Shown here piece by piece: positions 26,749 through 32,000 of a DNA stretch of 32,000 bases; the stretch's first letter is position 1, and every line of letters begins with the position of its first letter. Both the position numbers and the translations under genes were made by a program. Source of the DNA: Candidatus Jordarchaeales archaeon (lineage in GTDB: Archaea; Asgardarchaeota; Jordiarchaeia; Jordiarchaeales; Freyrarchaeaceae); assembly GCA_038889235.1 (NCBI GenBank), contig JAWAHN010000003.1, positions 353,703-385,702 on the forward strand. The letters run 5' to 3'. The notes beneath the pieces were generated by a model, which was given only the letters and a program-made list of their open reading frames with translations, was not told the DNA's origin and made no database searches.

Positions 26749-27090
26749 TTATGCTTGGGCACCCCTAGCCATCGCGTACAAGCCGAAGAGCCCTAGTATT
26801 AAGCACGCTGCAACCACGACGTCGGAGTAGTAGACGTATATCGTGTTTCCTGTTGGTAGCACGTTGTTGAGGAAGAAGCCACCGTACTGCGCCTTTATCG
26901 CCCATATAACGGTGTCCATTCTTGTAACAGTGCCATACATTGTCGGAATCTCTATTATTGGGGGCAGTATTCCGAGGTCGACCATTGTGGTAATGTTGTA
27001 GATTAAGTGCTGCTGGGAGTATGCCATGAAGAATAGAATTGCGGCTACAAGAATCATTAGTAAACCTGTGAGGACCATTCCAGCTTTCAA
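26749..27090 (-). CDS. Small membrane protein, two predicted TM helices
   Basis: 113 aa with hydrophobic N- and C-terminal helices. Function unknown. Confidence 0.65.
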   Translation of the reverse strand: MKAGMVLTGLLMILVAAILFFMAYSQQHLIYNITTMVDLGILPPIIEIPTMYGTVTRMDTVIWAIKAQYGGFFLNNVLPTGNTIYVYYSDVVVAACLILGLFGLYAMARGAQA

Positions 27091-27364
27091 GAGAACACTC
27101 TCCTCCCAAACCCCTTGCCTAATTAAAGAGTAAGTAAATGTTTATTAACCTTTTTATGAGGGCAGTTCACGGTTTGAGCGAGGCGACGAATTTTGAGGCG
27201 TTAGTAATTCAAAACATGAGGGGGCCCGGTGCAGGCTAGCTTGGTTTTCTGTGTGGCCCGCCATGGAGGACACCGTAGATCATCGCTTGGCCAGCTTGCT
27301 CCCGGTGCACTCTGTGGCGGGCCTAGCTTAAGCTTTGGCTGGACACTCAGATATATGTTTCCGT

Positions 27365-28204
27365 TCAGCACTCCTTGGCAAACGAGAGCTTTTCCAGCGT
27401 GCTTAGTATGTCTCCAAGTTTTCCGCTCACTTCTAGGACTACGAGTTTTACTTTTCCCGCCAACTGGGAAGCTAGGTTCAAGATTTGCCTGTTTACTGGA
27501 GTGTCCGTGTAGGGGTGGTGGTCCCAAAAAATTGGAGCGGCCTTTAGATCCTTGAGCGTGAATTCTTCTATCTTTTCGTGGAGGAAGCTCACATGGAGCT
27601 CGGCGATGCGCAGACCCTTGAGGTTTAAGCTTTCAAGCGGCACCTCTCTGTACGCGCAGTTGACGGCTAGGTGGCCGAGATCTAGGAGTAGTGGTGTGAC
27701 CCTTGAAATTAGACGGAGTTCCTCTTCGTCGAAGCCGACAGCCCTTGACCGCTCGTCGCCCCCGTATATGTTTTCGAGGGAAAGTGTACCCGGGTTGGTT
27801 AAGCCTTGCACTAACTTGCAGAAGGCTTGTATGTTTTCCAAGCATTTTTCGAACGGAAGTAGCTCACCCTCGATCGTGAAGTCTCCCGGCCCCTTTATAC
27901 GCCCTCTTAGCCCGGCGTGAACACCGTAGACCTCCCAGCCCCCAAGCATCCTCTTCGCGCGTTCAACCATTCTGGCAGCCATCTCCGCCGTGGGTTCAGG
28001 GTTAACTGCCGGTTCCATCATGAAAGACTCCTCCCCCGGAGCTAGGGCGGGGAGGTTGTGTATGGTTTTAATCAATCCGCCCAAAACGTTGCAAAGCCCC
28101 TTGTTTTGTTCTATGCTTCCTATTCCGAGCTCGTAGCCGTCCACGTATTTCCGCACTTCGAGGAGTTCGCTCAAAGAGTGCTTGGCGGTGGATATAAGCA
28201 GCAA
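27365..28204 (-). CDS. Xylose-isomerase-like/AP-endonuclease-2 TIM-barrel metalloprotein
   Basis: YELG, VHAG, SLENI, LLLDLGHL, ELHVS, DHHP and VVLEV resemble the metal-ligand pattern of this clan. Confidence 0.65.
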   Translation of the reverse strand: MLLISTAKHSLSELLEVRKYVDGYELGIGSIEQNKGLCNVLGGLIKTIHNLPALAPGEESFMMEPAVNPEPTAEMAARMVERAKRMLGGWEVYGVHAGLRGRIKGPGDFTIEGELLPFEKCLENIQAFCKLVQGLTNPGTLSLENIYGGDERSRAVGFDEEELRLISRVTPLLLDLGHLAVNCAYREVPLESLNLKGLRIAELHVSFLHEKIEEFTLKDLKAAPIFWDHHPYTDTPVNRQILNLASQLAGKVKLVVLEVSGKLGDILSTLEKLSFAKEC

Positions 28205-28424
28205 CCAGGAAACCTCCAGAAGAGTCCTTTGATGCTACACCGTAGTGGGAAACATTAATTTTTCTAGGTACCATTGTTGGCTTGCACCTTTCACCATGCC
28301 GTTCAGGGGCTTGGAATGTTTTGGTTCCGAGCGAAGCCTTTCTGCAAGGCAAAAACCCTTGGAAATGCCGCTCTTGGAGAGTGGCAGGTATGGTGAACCT
28401 GCCGCGTAAACGAGTCAGTGGTGG

Positions 28425-29084
28425 GTGACATGGTTGGTGGACAAGGGCGATGAACTCATTGCTTGCGTCAAATTGGAGGACGGGAAGGTTAAAATTTACC
28501 CTTTGAGTAGGGAGGAAGCGCATGAAGCTGATGTTCCTCACATAGTGGTTAGGGTGCTCGGCTTTAGCAGGGATGGATTGCTGTTGGTTCAGAAGAGGTC
28601 TAAGCTTAAAAGGAGTAACCCTGGGAGATATACGGACACTGCTTCCGGGCACGTGGCCCCCAGCGAGGCTGCAAGTGCTGAGGGTTTGTTTCTGGCGGCT
28701 GAAAGGGAACTCTTCGAGGAGATGGGGGTTCACGGTAAGCTATCCTTTTTCACTGGGCCGGTTTACGACGAGGGTGATAGCGAGATAAACTACGTGTTTA
28801 TAGCTCTCGTTGAGGGGGCTCCAGGGTTCAGCGACGAGGTGGATGCTGCGGGAAGCGGGTTTAAAACACCTGAAGAGCTTAGGGCGATGCTCGACACAGA
28901 GGACTTCGTCCCATTAGCGAGGGAAATGTGGTCGCAGTTCTTGGAACTTTACCCTACAAGTGAAGACGTCAAAAAACTGGCGATGAACTTCAAGGATAGG
29001 GAAGGACTGGAGAAGCTGGCGGAAAAGCTGGATGAAGGTTTGAGGCTGCTGCTTTCGCGGAAAAAGATTCCCAGAGGAGTTTAG
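28425..29084 (+). CDS. NUDIX hydrolase (YfcD/IDI-like clade)
   Basis: H.VV.V...S.DG.LLVQKRS..K..NPG, ASGHV and AAERELFEEMGV Nudix box. Start could be 28434 or 28437. Confidence 0.85.
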   Translation: MTWLVDKGDELIACVKLEDGKVKIYPLSREEAHEADVPHIVVRVLGFSRDGLLLVQKRSKLKRSNPGRYTDTASGHVAPSEAASAEGLFLAAERELFEEMGVHGKLSFFTGPVYDEGDSEINYVFIALVEGAPGFSDEVDAAGSGFKTPEELRAMLDTEDFVPLAREMWSQFLELYPTSEDVKKLAMNFKDREGLEKLAEKLDEGLRLLLSRKKIPRGV

Positions 29085-29158
29085 GGGGGCTGAGTGCACT
29101 AAGTTTAATTAGATATTTCGGGTAATTTTTTCTTGAACTCCTCGAGGGAGGTAACGTA

Positions 29159-31111
29159 TTGGTTAGTGATGTCGCCCTTAATGCTCCCGGGAAGCGCGTT
29201 CTGCTTTTGGGGAACGAAGCGGTTGCTAGAGGTGCCTTGGAGGCTGGCGTCGGATTTGCTTCCGGATACCCTGGAACCCCTGCTTCCGAAGTTCTAGACA
29301 CCCTCGTCGAGGTCGCGAAAGAGTTTCCCGGGCTCGTCTCCCAGTACTCCGTCAACGAGTACGTTGCCTTGGAGACCGCGATAGGCGCCAGCTGGAGCGG
29401 TGTGCGGGCGATTTGCGCCATGAAAATGGTTGGAATGAACGTGGCCTCAGACCCACTTTTCACGTTCTGCTACTGCGGCGTCGGTCCTGGAGGCGGGCTG
29501 GTGATAGTTAACGGAGGAGACCCCAGCTGCATTTCAAGCACAAACGAGCAGGACAACCGCTACTACGGTTTACATGCTCACATGCCCGTGGTTGAGCCCT
29601 CAAACCCGCAGGAGTGCAAGGACTTTACGGTCACTTCTTTCGACATCTCTGAGAAGTTCGATGTCCCAGTTATGCTCAACCTGACAGCCAGAACAAGCCA
29701 CTCTCTAGGGCCCGTGGTTTTAGGGGAGTTGAAGGCCCCGAAAGAAGAGGGGTACTTTGTGAAGAACTGGGGTAAGTACTTCAGCGCCCTGGTGATTGCC
29801 GTTGCAAACAAGCAAAAGCTTCTCAGGAACATGGCTAAGCTAGCGGAAGACTACGCTTACAAGACGCCGCTCAACAGGGTACTTGAGGGGAGCAGGAAGA
29901 TCGGAATAGTGACTTCTGGCGTATCCTACAACTACACGCTGGAAGCCTTAGACATTTTGAAGCTCTACGACGTGCCCATACTCAAACTGGGCCTAGTATA
30001 CCCCTTATCGAAGAAGTTGGTTGCCGAGTTCGCCGAAAACCTCGACATGATCGTTGTAATGGAGGAGCTTGAAGGGTTCATCGAGGACGAGCTCAAGAAG
30101 ATAGCTTATGATGAAGGGTTAAGCGTGAAAATAGTTGGAAAAGAGTACTTCTCCCCAGCCGGCGAGCTGAGCGTCGACGACGCGCTCACAGCATATAGCA
30201 AGATTTTCGGCGTTGAGTCGCCCATTAACCCGCAAGAGCTCGCCCTGAAAACGTTTAGCTTCAGCAGTCTCCTAATAATGAGGACGCCTGGCTTCTGCCC
30301 CGGGTGCTCGCATAGAGCAACACTCTACGCGATAAAGAAGGCCATTGAAGGAAAGAACTACGACATAGTCTGGGGAGGAGACATAGGCTGCTATGCTAAC
30401 GCTTCCCTTCCGCCCTTCAACATGAGTGACTTCATGGTGTGCATGTCTGCCGGGGTAAGCATAGCTTCGGGGATCAGTTTCAAGAGCAAGAAACAGAAGG
30501 TTGTAGCGTTCATAGGTGACTCGACGTTCTTCCACACGGGAATGCCGGCGGTGCTCAACGCTGTTTGGAACAATGCAGACATACTCATAGTGGTAATGGA
30601 CAACGGTTGGACGGCGATGACTGGGCACCAGCCTCACCCTGGAACTGGGATTTCGGCTGCCGGTAAGTCTAAGGCCGTAGACATCGCTGAAGTCTGCAGG
30701 GCGCTGGGCGTGGACTACGTTAGGGTTGTCGACCCATTCAACTTGAAGCATGCGATATCCGTGTTCGACGAGGCGTTCAAGCAAAAAGGTGTTAGGGTCG
30801 TTGTTTCGAGGCGGGAGTGCGTTCTGCAGACCATGAGAAAAATGAGAGAGATTGAAGCCGAGAAGAAGAGGAAGGGGATTGAGGAATTCTACGAGGTGGC
30901 GGAGCACATATGCATATTCTGCGAGGAGTGCTTGAAAGCCTTCGGCTGCCCAGCGATCGTGGTGGGAGAGTTTGAGGGCAAAAAGGTTTCGAAGATAGAC
31001 CTTGGAAGGTGCGTCAACTGCTCTGTCTGCAAACAGCTCTGCAAAGGCTGTGCGATAACACACACGAAAGTGTGGAAGAACGCGTCGATAGTGGAGGAGG
31101 CGAAGGCATGA
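29159..31111 (+). CDS. iorA: Indolepyruvate:ferredoxin oxidoreductase alpha subunit
   Basis: LLGNEAVARG, GYPGTPASE, FCPGCSHR, GDIGC, GDSTFFHTG..DNGWTAMTG (TPP binding) and C-terminal ferredoxin cysteines. Confidence 0.95.
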   Translation: MVSDVALNAPGKRVLLLGNEAVARGALEAGVGFASGYPGTPASEVLDTLVEVAKEFPGLVSQYSVNEYVALETAIGASWSGVRAICAMKMVGMNVASDPLFTFCYCGVGPGGGLVIVNGGDPSCISSTNEQDNRYYGLHAHMPVVEPSNPQECKDFTVTSFDISEKFDVPVMLNLTARTSHSLGPVVLGELKAPKEEGYFVKNWGKYFSALVIAVANKQKLLRNMAKLAEDYAYKTPLNRVLEGSRKIGIVTSGVSYNYTLEALDILKLYDVPILKLGLVYPLSKKLVAEFAENLDMIVVMEELEGFIEDELKKIAYDEGLSVKIVGKEYFSPAGELSVDDALTAYSKIFGVESPINPQELALKTFSFSSLLIMRTPGFCPGCSHRATLYAIKKAIEGKNYDIVWGGDIGCYANASLPPFNMSDFMVCMSAGVSIASGISFKSKKQKVVAFIGDSTFFHTGMPAVLNAVWNNADILIVVMDNGWTAMTGHQPHPGTGISAAGKSKAVDIAEVCRALGVDYVRVVDPFNLKHAISVFDEAFKQKGVRVVVSRRECVLQTMRKMREIEAEKKRKGIEEFYEVAEHICIFCEECLKAFGCPAIVVGEFEGKKVSKIDLGRCVNCSVCKQLCKGCAITHTKVWKNASIVEEAKA

Positions 31112-31749
31112 AAAAGGTCAACATAGTGATAGCCGGAGTCGGCGGGCAGGGAGTGACCACCATAGGAATGCTCCTAAAGTACGCTGCAGTAAAAGCGGGG
31201 ATTATGGTAAGCGGAAGCGAGACTAGGGGGGCTTCACAGAGAGAAGGGTCTGTCAACAGCCACGTTAGGTTCGGAGTGCTCGAGCCCGGGGAAGAGTATG
31301 ACGAGAGGCGCGGGATACACTCCTCTCTTGTTCCATCAGGGACGGCCGACTTGCTCATCGGTTTTGAGCCCATGGAGACCCTCAGGAATGCCAGGTATGT
31401 TTCAAGCAATGGCATCGTGATAATGAACACGTACGAAATATGGCCTATACCCGTGAGAGTGGGCGAGGTCTCGTATCCGCCCATAGAGAAGTTCGTTGAG
31501 GCATTGAAGGCCTTCACCCCGCATGTCTACACAGTTAATGCCAATAAGATGGCGGACGAGAGGTACGGTGGGTACACCATGGCTGGAACCATACTACTTG
31601 GCATAGCTTACGCCACAGGCAGGATACCTCTCAAAACCCACCACATAGAGGAAACCATAAGGGAACGACTGGACAACCCTGAGGAGAACATAGACGCATT
31701 CCGCTTCGGATACGAAGAAGGCAAAAAGCTGTTCAACGTTAAAGTGTAA
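31108..31749 (+). CDS. iorB: Indolepyruvate:ferredoxin oxidoreductase beta subunit
   Basis: IVIAGVGGQG, GASQREGSV.SHVR and FEPMETLR. ATGA overlap with the iorA stop. Confidence 0.93.
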   Translation: MKKVNIVIAGVGGQGVTTIGMLLKYAAVKAGIMVSGSETRGASQREGSVNSHVRFGVLEPGEEYDERRGIHSSLVPSGTADLLIGFEPMETLRNARYVSSNGIVIMNTYEIWPIPVRVGEVSYPPIEKFVEALKAFTPHVYTVNANKMADERYGGYTMAGTILLGIAYATGRIPLKTHHIEETIRERLDNPEENIDAFRFGYEEGKKLFNVKV

Positions 31750-31820
31750 ACTTGGAGTGAGTGGATCCAGCCCGAGTGTTCAGCGGAGTGAGCGTTCACA
31801 AGTGGAGGATTTTAGAGCAC

Positions 31821-32000
31821 TTAGAAGACCGCGCCTTTCAATATCCTCGGGTTGACTAGGAGTCCTATCTCTTCCATCTGAATCTTCATGGAGAGACCTT
31901 TTTCTTTCATTTCGTTGATTGTTTTTTCTATTTTCGACTCGAGTTCGTCCTTGAACTTTAGTGTTGAAGCGAAGAGTATCAGGAGGTTTGCAAGCGTTTT
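31821..32000 (-). CDS. C-terminal fragment of an unidentified gene running off the window
   Basis: Open frame KTLANLLILFASTLKFKDELESKIEKTINEMKEKGLSMKIQMEEIGLLVNPRILKGAVF* ends at the TAA at 31821. Confidence 0.6.
   Translation of the reverse strand, partial: KTLANLLILFASTLKFKDELESKIEKTINEMKEKGLSMKIQMEEIGLLVNPRILKGAVF

Noticed and set aside
27200-27350. GC-rich intergenic segment with a 9-bp inverted repeat (27255-27263/27315-27323) and AGGCCCG..GGGAGCA reminiscent of SRP helix 8
   Set aside because: No GNRA tetraloop, no Alu domain, and too short. It could still be an ncRNA but I cannot support that.
28425-29084. Type 1 isopentenyl-diphosphate isomerase assignment
   Set aside because: ASGHV lacks the catalytic Cys, and a normal Nudix box is present.
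1-32000. CRISPR arrays, tRNA/rRNA genes, transposases, and the many short antisense or alternate-frame ORFs in the track
   Set aside because: No regularly spaced repeats, T-loop/cloverleaf or rRNA signatures, or DDE/HUH/TnpB motifs were seen. The shadow ORFs lie within well-supported genes.

Overview
Gene-dense 32-kb window from a probably thermophilic archaeon. The archaeal call rests on a geranylgeranyl reductase, Thi4, IorAB, Lrp/TrmB regulators, TATA-type promoters and frequent GTG/TTG starts; the lineage cannot be fixed from sequence alone. Left part: an FGGY sugar kinase, then a small accessory patch with a decayed HEPN-MNT pair, a wHTH-fused LigD-type primase-polymerase with degenerate catalytic motifs, a T4 endonuclease V-like glycosylase and an intact VapBC pair. 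Next come a phosphonoacetate-hydrolase/NPP-HD fusion, a beta-helix protein, an HTH-Zn-ribbon regulator, a metallophosphoesterase, a short HDAC-family protein and a membrane protein. The centre is a cofactor/sulfur cluster: DUF166, MoaD/SAMP, an Lrp with a Cys-rich tail, His-type Thi4, a DNPH1-like N-glycosidase fused to a QueF-like domain, LplA, and a divergent LipS2-like/LipS1 radical SAM pair with an unknown Cys-rich partner. Right part: an alpha/beta hydrolase, a 756-aa TrmB-like protein with a very long coiled coil, a ferredoxin-GGR-Trbp111 operon, a TIM-barrel protein, a NUDIX hydrolase and iorAB. The best novelty candidates are the glycosidase-QueF fusion (possible 7-deazaguanine/archaeosine salvage), the lipoate cluster with its extra subunit, the giant TrmB, and the pseudo-polymerase next to a glycosylase. 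No rRNA, tRNA, CRISPR array or transposase was seen.
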